A DNA stretch of 64,000 bases from an uncultured candidatus Porisulfidus sp. (GCA_965214545.1 OZ243950.1:59044-123043), one strand, 5' to 3'; shown: positions 36,823-47,899, numbered from the stretch's first letter. Numbers and translations are program-made. Notes: generated by a model not told the origin, from the sequence alone.

Positions 36823-37146
36823 ATGCACGGACGCGGATATCTTCTTGCAGCTTCTTTCGTATTAGGGTTGACTCCCGCTCTTGCAGCCGCCGATGAAGCG
36901 GCGATTGAGCGCGGGCGCACTCTGGGGGGGACCTGCCTCGGGTGTCATGGCGTTCCCAGCTACACCAATGTCTACCCGAGCTACCATGTGCCGAAACTGG
37001 GCGGCCAGCATGCAGAATACATTGTCGCGGCCCTGAAAGCCTATCAATCCGGTGAACGCAAGCATTCGACCATGCAAGCGCATTCGGCCAGGCTTTCGGA
37101 AGAGCAGATCCGGGACATTGCGGCCTATTTCTCCTCTCTCAAATGA
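36823..37146 (+). CDS. Periplasmic monoheme cytochrome c (c553/c4-like)
   Basis: Signal peptide, CLGCH, PKLGGQHAEY, axial Met HSTM. Confidence 0.92.
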   Translation: MHGRGYLLAASFVLGLTPALAAADEAAIERGRTLGGTCLGCHGVPSYTNVYPSYHVPKLGGQHAEYIVAALKAYQSGERKHSTMQAHSARLSEEQIRDIAAYFSSLK

Positions 37147-37502
37147 ACCGTCTGACCCGCTCCTTCCTGACTTCAGCCGCGATCGTGCTGAGCATCGGAC
37201 TTACGGGCCCCGCCCTGGCGGGCGATCCGGTGGCGGGCAAGGAGAAGTCCCTGGCCTGCCAGGCCTGTCATGGCTCGGACGGCAACAGCCCGGTGCCGAC
37301 CTTTCCGATCATTGCAGGGCAGCACAAAGACTATCTGCGGCACAGCATGCTGAGCTACAAGACCGGCGAGCGGACCAACCCGATCATGGTCGCCATCGTG
37401 CAACCGCTGTCGGAAGAGGATATCGAAGATCTGGCTGCGTACTACGCAGGCCAGAAGGGCTTGTACCAGATTGATGCCGGTTTGGGTACCGAGATTCCCT
37501 GA
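37143..37502 (+). CDS. Periplasmic monoheme cytochrome c (c553/c4-like)
   Basis: Signal peptide, GDPVAG, CQACH, PIIAGQHKDY, NPIM; ATGA overlap. Confidence 0.92.
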   Translation: MNRLTRSFLTSAAIVLSIGLTGPALAGDPVAGKEKSLACQACHGSDGNSPVPTFPIIAGQHKDYLRHSMLSYKTGERTNPIMVAIVQPLSEEDIEDLAAYYAGQKGLYQIDAGLGTEIP

Positions 37503-37503
37503 A

Positions 37504-37773
37504 CTAACCGGTTGGTTCTTTTTCTTTCGGCGTGAATGGCCGGATCGTCAAGGCATGCAGTGATCCGTCCGCGAGCTGTTCCTGGACGGTGGCGTAGACC
37601 AGCCGGTGGCGTTTGACCGGCATCAGGCCCTCGAATGCATCACTGATGACGGTCGCCTCGAACTTGCCCTCGCCACCAGTGACGGTGACTTCGGCATCGG
37701 GCATGCTGGCCCGGATCAGGTTTTCGACCTGCTGTGCGTCCACGGTAACGTTCCTCGGGGATAAGACCCCCAT
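37504..37773 (-). CDS. BolA/IbaG family protein (start may be 37743)
   Basis: FEATVISDAFEG..VKRHRLVY, LHALTIR. Confidence 0.9.
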   Translation of the reverse strand: MGVLSPRNVTVDAQQVENLIRASMPDAEVTVTGGEGKFEATVISDAFEGLMPVKRHRLVYATVQEQLADGSLHALTIRPFTPKEKEPTG

Positions 37774-38147
37774 TTTACTGCGTCTCGATGTCGCTCGGGC
37801 AAGGAGGCCAGGGCGGGTGCCCAGCCCGCGTATTTTTCACGCCGCATCACCCCGCCTCCCGAGGGACGGCAACCCAGGAACGCGGATCCCAAAGTTGGCG
37901 AACAATGGCCGATATTCCGCAGGCCAGAGAGTTATAATTGTGTTCTCGCACCATCGGTGCGAGAAACCAAGAGCAGTGGTGGGCGATCTTGATTTTGAGC
38001 GTCTTCCAGTAGATGAACCGGCAGAGGGTTCTTCAGGATGATTGAGGAAAATTGCGTGGGGCGTGAGGCCTCGAAAATTAGAGAATCCTCATCAAGGCTC
38101 CCGCTTTTAAAGCCAACCCCGGGGGATTCACGCAGGAAACATTCACC

Positions 38148-38900
38148 ATGATTTTCAGGCAACTCTTCGAACCGGAATCGTTCACCTACACCTATCTGCT
38201 CGGCTGCCCGCAGACCGGCGAGACTGTGCTCATTGACCCGGTGCTGGAGACCGCGAACCGCGACGTGGAAGTCCTGCATGAGATGGATCTCAAACTTACC
38301 CATACCCTGGAGACGCACGTCCACGCCGATCACGTGAGCGGGGCGTTCAAACTCAAGGCGATCACCGACTGCCAGATCGCCGGCGCCGCCATGGACGATT
38401 TGCCGTGCCGCGACATCGGCGTGCGCGAAGGTGAAGCCTTCCGCGTCGGAACCCTGGAAATTCATCCGCTGTTCACGCCGGGGCATACCGACACCCACCA
38501 CGCCTTCCTGTTCCATTCCCCGAGCGGCGATTGGCTGTTCACCGGCGACGCCTTGCTGATCGATGCCTGTGGGCGGACCGACTTCCAGATGGGGGACGCC
38601 GCCATGCTGTACCGGTCGATCCACGACAAGTTTTTCTCGCGGCCGAACGACACCCTGGTCTATCCGGCGCACGACTATGAGGGGCGTTGCGTCTCTACGG
38701 TTGCCCAGGAGAAGGCGCGCAATCCCCGTCTCAAGGACAACCGGAGCGAGGAGGACTTCGTGGCGCTGATGAACGAACTGAATCTGCCGTACCCGAAGAA
38801 GATCGATTTTTCGGTCCCGGCCAACGAGTTATGCGGCCGCTGTCCCGACGACCTGCCGCCGGGAGTCCAGGCCCTGTGCAACCCACACGACCAGGGTTAG
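38148..38900 (+). CDS. sdo: Persulfide (sulfur) dioxygenase, ETHE1-like MBL fold
   Basis: MIFRQLFE, ETHVHADH, TPGHT, TGDALLI..CGRTDFQ, YPAHDY, NPRL, PAN..CG. Confidence 0.9.
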   Translation: MIFRQLFEPESFTYTYLLGCPQTGETVLIDPVLETANRDVEVLHEMDLKLTHTLETHVHADHVSGAFKLKAITDCQIAGAAMDDLPCRDIGVREGEAFRVGTLEIHPLFTPGHTDTHHAFLFHSPSGDWLFTGDALLIDACGRTDFQMGDAAMLYRSIHDKFFSRPNDTLVYPAHDYEGRCVSTVAQEKARNPRLKDNRSEEDFVALMNELNLPYPKKIDFSVPANELCGRCPDDLPPGVQALCNPHDQG

Positions 38901-38904
38901 TGGT

Positions 38905-39375
38905 CTACCAGCGGAATTTGTTCCAGCGTTGGGGGTTGGCCCAGAAGCGGCTGTTCAGCCAGTTTGGCGTTTTCTTGTAGGTGGTCAGGCTGAAGTGATT
39001 CAGCCCCCATGTTTGTCCGTTCACATCAAGGATTTCCAGGCAGCGCAACCCCAGTGCGCCCATCCGCCGGGCCTGTTCCATTGCATCGCCGGGGTGCAGG
39101 ACGTACAGTTCCAGGGACAGGAAGTCGCGCAGATGCGCGATGACCGGATCCAGCCGGTTTTCTTCCACCCATGAGGTCAGGATCAGTCCGCAGATCCGGT
39201 GCGGTTCCGGACGCGGTACCGCCAGGGCCTCGGTACACGACAGGGTCATGGCAATCCATCCCGGCACGGCAGAGGGCGGCCGGTCCGCAACCAGCAGAAT
39301 GTCCCGATCCGGCAGGATTGCCCGGATCGCTTCCAGGGCCGTGTTCGAATCGCTTGCTTCCGGCTCAGAGTGCAT
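38905..39375 (-). CDS. Conserved hypothetical protein (DUF6231-like)
   Basis: C-terminal YKKTPNWLNSRFWANPQRWNKFRW motif. Confidence 0.7.
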   Translation of the reverse strand: MHSEPEASDSNTALEAIRAILPDRDILLVADRPPSAVPGWIAMTLSCTEALAVPRPEPHRICGLILTSWVEENRLDPVIAHLRDFLSLELYVLHPGDAMEQARRMGALGLRCLEILDVNGQTWGLNHFSLTTYKKTPNWLNSRFWANPQRWNKFRW

Positions 39376-40477
39376 CGAGGGCTTGGGTCAAGGCCGGCCC
39401 CACCGTCTTGCCGCGCCAGCCTCGAAGCAGGACCGGGTCCGGGTTCTGCCGCACGAGGTCCTCCAGCATGGTGCGGGGCGCGAGCAGTTCCGGCGAGACT
39501 TTGATTTCCTCGGCGACCTTGCGGGCCACGCCGGCCAGGATCCGGATTCTCCGGCGCATTTCCATGCGTTCATCCCGGCCCATGGTTTTCCGCTGAATCG
39601 GAGGGGCGCGATGCGCCTCCTGAAGCGCCTTCCACAGTCTCTCATGGAGCTTCCAGGAAACCTTGCCGGCCACGATCTGCGTGAAGTCGTCCCGGTTATC
39701 AGGCGTCACGCAGGCGAGCGCCACCAGGATGCTGTCCGAGGCGACTCGGCCCCGAGACAGGTCTTGGCGCCGGGCGACCAGTTCGCGCCAGCGTGCCAGC
39801 CCTTGCAGCACGTGCAACCGGTCGCTGGGGATTTCGCCGTTGGGAATCTTGACCCGTTTCCACACGTGGTTCGAGTTGGGCACCAAAACGGCAGGGTCCA
39901 GGGTTCTCTCCAGCTCTTCCTGGAGCCAGCCGCGTCGCCCCATGGCCTCCAATTCTTCCGATAATTGCTGGTAGATGGGCCCCAGGTGGACGACGTCGTG
40001 CAAGGCGTACTGGAGCTGGGCAGGCTTGAGCGGCCGGCGGTCCCACCAGCTGCGCACCTGGGATTTATCGAGCGCGATCCCTAAGGTTTCCTCCACCATG
40101 GCGGCATAGCTGACCTGGAAGTCGCGCCCGAGCAGGGCCCAGGCGGTTTGCGTGTCGAACAGGTTGCTGGGAATCAGGTCGAAATCGTGGTACATGATCT
40201 CGACATCCTGAGAGCAGGCGTGCAGGACGCTGACTCGGTCGGTGCTGCGAAGCAACTCGACGAAACCGGACAGGTCGAGTCCGGCCTGGGCATCGATCAG
40301 GGCATGCTGAGTGCCGTCCGAAACCTGGATCAGGCAGAGTTTCGGGTAGTAGGTATTGATGCGCAGGAACTCCGTGTCCAGCGCAAGCCACCGGGTATCC
40401 TTGATGGAATCAAGGAATTTCAAAAGAGTGTCCTGCCGGGCGATCCATGTCCAGCTCGGGATTAACATTCTGCTCAT
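39365..40477 (-). CDS. rnd: Ribonuclease D
   Basis: LALDTEFLRINTYYPKLCLIQ, LHACSQD, FDTQ, RRPL..QLQYALHDV, HRDC, LLRGWR. Confidence 0.93.
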   Translation of the reverse strand: MSRMLIPSWTWIARQDTLLKFLDSIKDTRWLALDTEFLRINTYYPKLCLIQVSDGTQHALIDAQAGLDLSGFVELLRSTDRVSVLHACSQDVEIMYHDFDLIPSNLFDTQTAWALLGRDFQVSYAAMVEETLGIALDKSQVRSWWDRRPLKPAQLQYALHDVVHLGPIYQQLSEELEAMGRRGWLQEELERTLDPAVLVPNSNHVWKRVKIPNGEIPSDRLHVLQGLARWRELVARRQDLSRGRVASDSILVALACVTPDNRDDFTQIVAGKVSWKLHERLWKALQEAHRAPPIQRKTMGRDERMEMRRRIRILAGVARKVAEEIKVSPELLAPRTMLEDLVRQNPDPVLLRGWRGKTVGPALTQALDAL

Positions 40478-40532
40478 GGGGGGGACAGTATAATGCGTCC
40501 CGGTCGAAGAAGGACTTCAAGATCTCCAAAAA

Positions 40533-40820
40533 ATGCCTATTTTTCAGGCTCCGCTTCTCTTTTTCCTGCTTGCCGGCATCGGCGCCCCGGGGCTGTCGCA
40601 GGCTGCGGGCGACCCGACCCCGGCCACCGTGGATCGCATGCCGGCATCGGCCGGAGCAGAACGGTCGCCCGAACCGCTCGCCCCAGCGGAAGATGAAGCG
40701 CTGGAGTTTCCCTCGGACTCCTTGAGCCTGTCCGCTCCGGACATCCTGGTCGATCTGCCGTATATCTACCCGTTGCTGCGGATGCGCCTGACTCCGGAAA
40801 TGAGGCAGGGGCCGCGATGA
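40533..40820 (+). CDS. Hypothetical exported protein
   Basis: Signal-peptide-like N-terminus; ATGA overlap with next ORF. Confidence 0.45.
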   Translation: MPIFQAPLLFFLLAGIGAPGLSQAAGDPTPATVDRMPASAGAERSPEPLAPAEDEALEFPSDSLSLSAPDILVDLPYIYPLLRMRLTPEMRQGPR

Positions 40821-41407
40821 GGTTTCGCTGGAACTCCCGCCTTGCCAGCCACCTGGCTGCCGTCATCATCGTGATCACGCTGTTGCTGCTCGGGTGGCGG
40901 ATGAGCCCGGATGTCACCGGGCTCCCAAATCTGGAGATGGAGCCGTTGTTCGAACCCGGCCAATTGCCTTCGCTTCGGGGCGTGATCAACCCGCCGGAGG
41001 GCCCCGGCGGGGAAGAGGCGGTTCCGGCATCTTCCGAAAAGGGAGAACCGGCGATTCCGCAGGCCCCGGCAGGGGAGACGGAGACCGCGCCGCCGAAGGT
41101 GGACCCGGCGCCGCCCCCCGCTCCCCAAAGCGACCTGGAAGCGGAACAGCTTTACGAATCGTGGAGCCGGGCCCGGCAGCTGCTGCGGCAGCGGGACCTG
41201 GCGGGGGCTGAGCAGGCTTACCTGGAATTGGCGAACCGCTGGCCGAAGCATCCGGACTTGGCTGGCGAACTCGGCAATGTCTACGTCTTGCTGGGTGAGA
41301 AGGATTCAGCCCGGGCCGCGTTCAGGCGAGCCCAGAGGCTGTTGGAACCGCTGGGGCCGTCACTGCCGCTGGAGGCGGTGACGCGCTGGCTGGAACGTCA
41401 CCGCTGA
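40817..41407 (+). CDS. Membrane-anchored TPR-like protein
   Basis: N-terminal TM, Pro-rich linker, TPR-like AEQAYLEL..WPKHPDLAGELGNVYVLLG..ARAAFRRA. Confidence 0.65.
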   Translation: MRFRWNSRLASHLAAVIIVITLLLLGWRMSPDVTGLPNLEMEPLFEPGQLPSLRGVINPPEGPGGEEAVPASSEKGEPAIPQAPAGETETAPPKVDPAPPPAPQSDLEAEQLYESWSRARQLLRQRDLAGAEQAYLELANRWPKHPDLAGELGNVYVLLGEKDSARAAFRRAQRLLEPLGPSLPLEAVTRWLERHR

Positions 41408-41435
41408 GCGCAAGAAACCGCCACCCGGGTTCCGC

Positions 41436-41915
41436 TCAACCCGGGCTCTCCGTCGGAGTCTTCTTTAGCAGAAAGTACAGGATCGGCCAGGCCACGATGC
41501 TGGTCGGCAGGCTGGCCCAGAAGATCAAGCCGGGGTTGACGTTGGACAGAAAGATCGACAGCAGGTGAAGGTAGCCCAGGTGCAGCGCCAGCAGCAGGCC
41601 GACCGGAAGGCTGGTCTCCAGGGAGCCGGAGAAGTACAGCGTCCGGTAGAACCGGGTGCACAGGTACGCGATGACGGAATAACTGACGATGTGGATGCCA
41701 ATCCAGTTGCCGGCGATGAGGTCGCTGGCCAGGCCCGCCACCCAGACCATCCCGAAACCGGCCTTGCCGGTCTGGACGACGATCCAGAAGATCATGACCA
41801 TGGCGACCCAGTGCGGCTGCCAGGGCGCCAGCCATTCCGGCAACGGCCAGGCCGAAAGGGTGATTGCCGCGATCAGGCTTAGGACCTGGTAGACGCGCCA
41901 TTGCTCAATTGGCAT
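41436..41915 (-). CDS. mreD: Rod shape-determining protein MreD
   Basis: Hydrophobic, PHWVAMVMIFW, downstream of mreC. Confidence 0.85.
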   Translation of the reverse strand: MPIEQWRVYQVLSLIAAITLSAWPLPEWLAPWQPHWVAMVMIFWIVVQTGKAGFGMVWVAGLASDLIAGNWIGIHIVSYSVIAYLCTRFYRTLYFSGSLETSLPVGLLLALHLGYLHLLSIFLSNVNPGLIFWASLPTSIVAWPILYFLLKKTPTESPG

Positions 41916-42723
41916 CGGCAAGCTCCTCGGGGGCCTCTTGACCCCAGACCAGCAGGACTTCCCGGTTCCGGTGCAGTTGCGCCCCGGCCTGGATGTCCGC
42001 CTCCAGAAAGTCGCGGCCGGGCTGGGCAGTGATTTTCGTGACCTTTCCGACCAGGTGCTGTTCGGGGTAGGTATCGTCGAGACCCGAGGTCAGCAAGATG
42101 TCGCCGGGATCGAGGTCGTTATGGCGCGGGACATAGCGGAGCGTCAGCCCCTGTCCGTTGCCGTGCGCAAGGTAGCGGTCGTCGGTTCGCGCATTTCGCA
42201 CCATCACGGCATGGCTGACATCGTTAATCAGCAGGACGGTGGATTGCCACAGGCTGGTATTGGAGATCTGGCCGACGATGCCGTGTCCATCCAGTACCGG
42301 CTGGCCCACATAAGCGCCGTCGCGGGTGCCGCGGTTGATCGTGATGGTCTGCCGGAATGCATTCGTGTTGCTCCTTATGACGACCGCGACCCGGGTTTGC
42401 CTCGAATGCTTCTGGACGCCGAGTTCCGCGAGGGTGCGCAATCGGCGGTTCTCGTCTTCCAGCGCTTCTAGGGTCCGCGCGGAGAAGACGTTCTCCAGCA
42501 ACTGCCGGCGGAGTTCCCGGTTCTCTTCGGTCAGTGCCTCGATACCCCGGTAGTGGGTCGAGACCGAGTCGATGAGTTGCTGGGACAGTTGCGCGACGGC
42601 TCGGATCGGGTAGGTGAGCATATCGAGCAAGGGGGCGGCGCGGTCGACCACCGCGTAGCGGTAGTCGATGCTGATCAATGCGATGGCCAGGATCAGGCTA
42701 CTGGTCAATTTACGCCAAAGCAT
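41905..42723 (-). CDS. mreC: Rod shape-determining protein MreC
   Basis: TM, coiled coil ENRRLR, ITINRG..DG, GIVGQ, GDILLTSGL. Confidence 0.92.
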   Translation of the reverse strand: MLWRKLTSSLILAIALISIDYRYAVVDRAAPLLDMLTYPIRAVAQLSQQLIDSVSTHYRGIEALTEENRELRRQLLENVFSARTLEALEDENRRLRTLAELGVQKHSRQTRVAVVIRSNTNAFRQTITINRGTRDGAYVGQPVLDGHGIVGQISNTSLWQSTVLLINDVSHAVMVRNARTDDRYLAHGNGQGLTLRYVPRHNDLDPGDILLTSGLDDTYPEQHLVGKVTKITAQPGRDFLEADIQAGAQLHRNREVLLVWGQEAPEELADAN

Positions 42724-42773
42724 GGGAGGCCTGACTCAGGAAAGGCTTAGCCGTTCCAAGGGTTTGGAGCGAC

Positions 42774-43811
42774 TCACCCGAAAAAGTTTTGCGAATTCTG
42801 CTGAAGTTGGATATTTTCTTCCAGAACCTTGCCGCCGCCGCGCGCCACGCAGTACAGGGGTTCGTCGGCGATGATGACGGAGACCTTGATCTCCTGCATC
42901 AGCAGCTCGTCAATGCCCCGAAGCAAGGCGCCGCCGCCGGTGACAACGATGCCGCGCGCCATGATGTCCGAGGACAGGTCCGGCGGGGTCTGCTCGAGGA
43001 CCGAACGGACCTTATTCAGGATGACCTGCAGGGGCTCTTGCAGGGCATCGTTGATTTCGTTGCTGTTGACGGTGATGCTGCGCGGCGTGCCGTCGGTCGT
43101 GTCGCGGCCGCTCACCTCCATCTCTTCCACCGTCTGCGGACGGTAGGCGCTGCCGAGGGTGTGCTTGATCTTTTCCGCGGTGGCTTCGCCGATCAGCAAT
43201 CCGCAGTTGCGCTTCACGAATTCGATGATGCTCTGGTTGAAGTGGTCGCCGCCGGTACGGGAGGAGTCGGCAAAGACGATATCATTGAGCGACAGAACCG
43301 CGACTTCCGACGTGCCGCCACCGATGTCCAGGATGAAGCGGCCGCAGGGCTCCTCAATGCTCAGGCCCGCGCCCAGTGCGGCGAGTAGCGGTTCCTCGTA
43401 CAGATAGACCTTGCGCGCTCCTGCCGCTTCTGCAGCGGCCCGAATCGCCCGGCGCTCGACCTGGGTGGCGCCGCAGGGCACGCAGACCAGGACCCGCGGT
43501 CCGATCGAAAACAGCCGACGCTGGCTCGCTTTCCGGATGAAATACTGCAACATTCTCTCGGCGCTCGCGAAGTCAGCGACCACGCCGTCGCGCAGGGGAC
43601 GCACCACCTCGATGTTGTCCGATGTCCGGCCGATCATGCGTTTGGCCTCGATGCCGACAGCTACGACCTGCGGTTTGTTCAGGTCGGAATACCTGCGGGT
43701 GGCGACCACCGAAGGCTCGTCGAGGACGATGCCTTCCCCAGGCACGTAGACCAAGGTATTGGCGGTGCCCAGGTCGATCGACATATCGTCGCTAAAAAGA
43801 CGTTGGAACAT
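42774..43811 (-). CDS. mreB: Rod shape-determining protein MreB
   Basis: SIDLGTANT, EPSVVA, RPLRDGV, DIGGGTSEVA, TGGGALL, CVARG. Confidence 0.97.
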   Translation of the reverse strand: MFQRLFSDDMSIDLGTANTLVYVPGEGIVLDEPSVVATRRYSDLNKPQVVAVGIEAKRMIGRTSDNIEVVRPLRDGVVADFASAERMLQYFIRKASQRRLFSIGPRVLVCVPCGATQVERRAIRAAAEAAGARKVYLYEEPLLAALGAGLSIEEPCGRFILDIGGGTSEVAVLSLNDIVFADSSRTGGDHFNQSIIEFVKRNCGLLIGEATAEKIKHTLGSAYRPQTVEEMEVSGRDTTDGTPRSITVNSNEINDALQEPLQVILNKVRSVLEQTPPDLSSDIMARGIVVTGGGALLRGIDELLMQEIKVSVIIADEPLYCVARGGGKVLEENIQLQQNSQNFFG

Positions 43812-43919
43812 GAATGGCTTCCAGAAATCGCGAGCCACAATTTAGCATAAAGAGAGGCTTGGCGGCTATACTAAGTGCATAATCTCAGATTTTCCGACCC
43901 TCAAAACCTCGCTCCGTTC

Positions 43920-44213
43920 ATGGATCTGACCGCCGAGACCGTCCGCGGAATCGCAAAACTCGCCCGACTCCGCCCGGACCCCGAGGAAGAGCAGCGCCTG
44001 ATCCAGGACCTGGGCGCGATCCTTGAGTTCTTCGCCCAGCTCAGCGAAGCGGACGTCGACGGCATCGAACCGATGGCACACCCGCTCGAGCTCGACCAGC
44101 GCCTGCGCACCGACGAGGTGACCGAACCCGACCGGCGGGAAGACTACCAGGCGATCGCCCCGGACGCGCGCGCGGGTCTGTACCGGGTTCCCGCGGTTCT
44201 GGACCCCGACTGA
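43920..44213 (+). CDS. gatC: Asp/Glu-tRNA amidotransferase subunit C
   Basis: IAKLARL, EPMAHP, LRTDEV, YRVPAV. Confidence 0.93.
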   Translation: MDLTAETVRGIAKLARLRPDPEEEQRLIQDLGAILEFFAQLSEADVDGIEPMAHPLELDQRLRTDEVTEPDRREDYQAIAPDARAGLYRVPAVLDPD

Positions 44214-45667
44214 TGCATGAACGGACCCTGCTGGAGCAGGCGCAGGCGTTGCAGGACGGGGAGGTATCCAGCGTCGAACTGACCCGCGCCTGCCTGGCGC
44301 GCATTCAGGCGCACGACGCGTCGCTCAACAGTTTCATCACGGTGACGGAAGCGCAGGCCCTGGCGCAGGCCGAGGCGGCGGACCGCGCCCGGGCCGCCGG
44401 GGACGCCGGCCCGCTGACCGGCGTGCCGCTGGCGCACAAGGACATTTTCTGCACGCGCGGCGTGCGAACCAGTTGCGGGTCCCGGATGCTGGACAACTTC
44501 GTCGCGCCGTACGATGCCACGGTGGTGGAACGGCTGGAGGCGGCCGGCATGGTGATGCTCGGCAAGACGAACATGGATGAATTCGCGATGGGCTCGTCCA
44601 ACGAAAACAGCTACTACGGCCCGGTCCGCAACCCTTGGGACCCGGAGCGGGTCCCGGGCGGTTCCAGCGGCGGGTCCGCCGCCGCCGTGGCGGCCCGCCT
44701 CGCCCCGGCGGCCACCGCGACCGACACCGGCGGGTCCATCCGGCAACCGGCCACGTTCTGCGGCGTGACCGGTCTGAAACCGACCTACGGCCGGGTGTCC
44801 CGGTTCGGCATGGTGGCCTACGCTTCCAGCCTGGACCAAGGCGGGATGCTCGGCCTGAGCGCCGAAGACTGCGCGGCCCTGCTCGGCGCGATGGCGGGGT
44901 TTGACGCCCGCGACTCGACCAGCGTGGATCACCCGGTCCCGAACTATCGAGAAGAACTGGCGCGGCCGGTCGACGGGCTTCGCCTGGGATTGCCGGCGGA
45001 ATTCTTCGACGACCGGCTGGACGCGCGAATCCGGGCCTCCGTGGAGGAAGCGGTTTCGGCCTGGGAGGCGCTGGGCGCGCGGCGGGTCGAGATTTCGCTG
45101 CCGAACCTCCCGCTCGCGACGCCGGCCTACTATGTGATTGCCTCGGCCGAGTGCTCGTCAAACCTGGCGCGCTACGACGGGGTGCGCTACGGGCATCGGT
45201 GCGCGGACCCGGGAGACCTGGAAGACCTGTTCTGCCGCTCGCGCGAGGAAGGCTTTGGGGCGGAAGTGCGGCGCCGGATCATGACCGGGACCTACGCCCT
45301 GTCTGCCGGCTACCGCGAGGCGTATTACGACCGGGCGCGGCAGGTGCGGCAATTGATCCGGCGGGACTTCCAGCAGGCATTCGAGACGGTCGACGTGATC
45401 GCCGCGCCGGTCTCGCCGGTGCTGCCGTTCCGGCTCGGCGAGAAAATGCAGGACCCGGTGGCCATGTACCGGATTGACGGGTATACCATTCCGGTCAACC
45501 TGGCCGGATTGCCGGGCCTGTCGTTGCCGGCGCGGCCGGTGGAGGGGCTGCCGACCGGGGTGCAACTGATTGGCGACTATTTCGACGAGGCGCGGCTGCT
45601 CGGTCTCGGCGCCGCCTGGCAACGGGAGACGGATTGGCACCGCCAGGTGCCGCCGGGATTCGCATGA
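44213..45667 (+). CDS. gatA: Asp/Glu-tRNA amidotransferase subunit A
   Basis: [40 protein letters not shown]. Confidence 0.97.
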   Translation: MHERTLLEQAQALQDGEVSSVELTRACLARIQAHDASLNSFITVTEAQALAQAEAADRARAAGDAGPLTGVPLAHKDIFCTRGVRTSCGSRMLDNFVAPYDATVVERLEAAGMVMLGKTNMDEFAMGSSNENSYYGPVRNPWDPERVPGGSSGGSAAAVAARLAPAATATDTGGSIRQPATFCGVTGLKPTYGRVSRFGMVAYASSLDQGGMLGLSAEDCAALLGAMAGFDARDSTSVDHPVPNYREELARPVDGLRLGLPAEFFDDRLDARIRASVEEAVSAWEALGARRVEISLPNLPLATPAYYVIASAECSSNLARYDGVRYGHRCADPGDLEDLFCRSREEGFGAEVRRRIMTGTYALSAGYREAYYDRARQVRQLIRRDFQQAFETVDVIAAPVSPVLPFRLGEKMQDPVAMYRIDGYTIPVNLAGLPGLSLPARPVEGLPTGVQLIGDYFDEARLLGLGAAWQRETDWHRQVPPGFA

Positions 45668-47103
45668 GCGGCTGGGAGACCGTGATCGGGCTGGAGATCC
45701 ACACCCAGCTCTCGACCCGAAGCAAGCTGTTCTCTGCGGCCGCGACGCAATTCGGGGCGGAACCGAACCGCCAGGCCTGCGGCATCGACCTGGCGCTGCC
45801 GGGCGTATTGCCGGTGGTCAACCGCGAAGCCATCCGCATGGCGGTCCTGTTTGGGCTTGCGGTCGGTGCGAAGATCCGCACGCCCTGCGTGTTTGCGCGC
45901 AAGAACTACTTCTACCCGGACCTGCCGCGCGGCTACCAGATCAGCCAATACGAACTGCCGATCGTCGAGGGCGGGACGGTCGAGATCGAATTGCAAAACG
46001 GCGGCTGCCGGCAGATCGAACTGACTCGGGCACACCTGGAGGAGGACGCCGGGAAACTGCTGCACGAGGGTTACGCCGGGGAGAGCGCGGTGGACCTCAA
46101 CCGCGCCGGCGTGCCGCTGATGGAAATCGTCTCGGAACCGCAGATGCGAAGCCCCGAGGAGGCCACCGCCTACATGCGCACGGTGCACGGCATCGTCACC
46201 TTCCTGGGGATTTGCGACGGCAACATGGAACAGGGGTCTTTTCGTTGCGACGCGAATATTTCCATGCGGCGGAAGGGCGAACAGGAGTTGGGCGTCAAGG
46301 TCGAACTGAAGAACATTAATTCGTATCGTTTCGTCGAACGCGCCCTGCGCTACGAACAGCAGCGCCAGGTCGAAGCGCTGGAATCCGGCCAGCCGATCAT
46401 CCAGGAGACCCGGCAATATGACCCGGGAACCGACCGCACCCGCCCGATGCGGGTCAAGGAATACGCAGACGATTATCGGTACTTCCCGGATCCCGACCTG
46501 CTGCCGGTGGTCGTCGACGAAGCGATGCAGGCGGAACTGGCGGCATCGCTCCCGGAACTGCCGCAGGCCCGCAAGGCCCGGCTGATCGAACAGTACGCAT
46601 TAGCCCCCGACCTCGCCGCCGTGCTGGTACAGAGCCGGCAGTGGGCCGATTACTTCGAGGCGACCGTCGATGCGGGCGCCGCGGCCGCCACGGCGGCGCG
46701 CTGGATCACCGGCGAGGTGTTCGCCCGCATGCGCAAGGGTTCGGCCGAGCCGGCCGAACCGCCGGTGTCGGCGGAGTCGCTGGCGCAATTGCTGAAGTGC
46801 ATTGATTCCGGGCTGGTGTCCAACAGCGCGGCGAAGGACGTGCTGGCTGCGATGTGGCAGGGCGAAGGCGAAGCCGAGGCCATCATCGAAGCCCGGGGCC
46901 TGCGCCAGGTCGGCGCCGGTGCCGACCTGGACCAATGGATCGATCAGGTCATCGAGGCGCATCCGGATGAAGTGGAACAGTACCGCGGCGGCAAGGACCG
47001 CCTGCTTGGCTTCTTCGTCGGACAGGTGATGAAGGCGTCGGGCGGGAAGGCGGATCCGAAGCAGGTCAGCGAGCAGTTGCGCACGAAACTTCAAGCCGCC
47101 TGA
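45664..47103 (+). CDS. gatB: Asp/Glu-tRNA amidotransferase subunit B
   Basis: [46 protein letters not shown]. Confidence 0.97.
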   Translation: MSGWETVIGLEIHTQLSTRSKLFSAAATQFGAEPNRQACGIDLALPGVLPVVNREAIRMAVLFGLAVGAKIRTPCVFARKNYFYPDLPRGYQISQYELPIVEGGTVEIELQNGGCRQIELTRAHLEEDAGKLLHEGYAGESAVDLNRAGVPLMEIVSEPQMRSPEEATAYMRTVHGIVTFLGICDGNMEQGSFRCDANISMRRKGEQELGVKVELKNINSYRFVERALRYEQQRQVEALESGQPIIQETRQYDPGTDRTRPMRVKEYADDYRYFPDPDLLPVVVDEAMQAELAASLPELPQARKARLIEQYALAPDLAAVLVQSRQWADYFEATVDAGAAAATAARWITGEVFARMRKGSAEPAEPPVSAESLAQLLKCIDSGLVSNSAAKDVLAAMWQGEGEAEAIIEARGLRQVGAGADLDQWIDQVIEAHPDEVEQYRGGKDRLLGFFVGQVMKASGGKADPKQVSEQLRTKLQAA

Positions 47104-47128
47104 ATAGGGGGCACATAGGAGGGAAGCC

Positions 47129-47899
47129 ATGAGGTCCATTTTTTTGCTGGGGTGGTTGGCTTGCGCTTCGGCGACGGCTGAAGTCGTCGAGGAGGCCGTT
47201 GATTTCGAGTACGGTGGCGCTGCGCACCGGGGCTACTTTTATTATGAAGACAGCGATTCCGACCCCCGCCCCGGAATTCTGGTGGTGCACGAATGGTGGG
47301 GACTGAACGCCTATGCCCGCGAGCGCGCAAGGCAGATGGCCGCCGACGGTTACGTGGCTTTCGCCATGGACATGTATGGGGTGGACAAGGTGACCGAACA
47401 CCCGAAGCAGGCGGGCGAGTGGAAGACGCAGGTCACGAGCAATATCGAAGACTGGCAGAAACGCGCGCAACTCGGGGTAGAACTGTTGCGCGGTCATCCC
47501 ATGACGGACGGCGGGAACATCGCGGCAATCGGCTACTGTTTTGGCGGGGCGACCGTCATGCAGCTCGCCTACAGCGGTGCCGACGTCAAGGGTGTGGTCA
47601 GTCTGCACGGTTCGCTGCCTCCGGCCTCTGCCGGGCAGGCCAAAGCGATCCAGGCGGCGATACTGGTCGAGCATGGCAACGACGACCTGTTCGTCCCGAA
47701 GGAGAAGGTCCGTGCGTTCCGTGAGGCATTGGATGCCGCGGGGGTGGACTACACCTTCAACGGCTATGACGGCGCGCGGCATGGGTTCACCAACCCGGAT
47801 GCGGCCCGGTACGGCATCGATGCCTTACGGTACGACGCTCACGCAGACCGGCAGTCGGCCGAGAATATGCGGGCGTTTTTCAAACGGATTTTCGAGTAG
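47129..47899 (+). CDS. Dienelactone hydrolase family protein (exported)
   Basis: HEWWGL, nucleophile GYCFGG, HGFTNP; signal-like N-terminus. Confidence 0.9.
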   Translation: MRSIFLLGWLACASATAEVVEEAVDFEYGGAAHRGYFYYEDSDSDPRPGILVVHEWWGLNAYARERARQMAADGYVAFAMDMYGVDKVTEHPKQAGEWKTQVTSNIEDWQKRAQLGVELLRGHPMTDGGNIAAIGYCFGGATVMQLAYSGADVKGVVSLHGSLPPASAGQAKAIQAAILVEHGNDDLFVPKEKVRAFREALDAAGVDYTFNGYDGARHGFTNPDAARYGIDALRYDAHADRQSAENMRAFFKRIFE

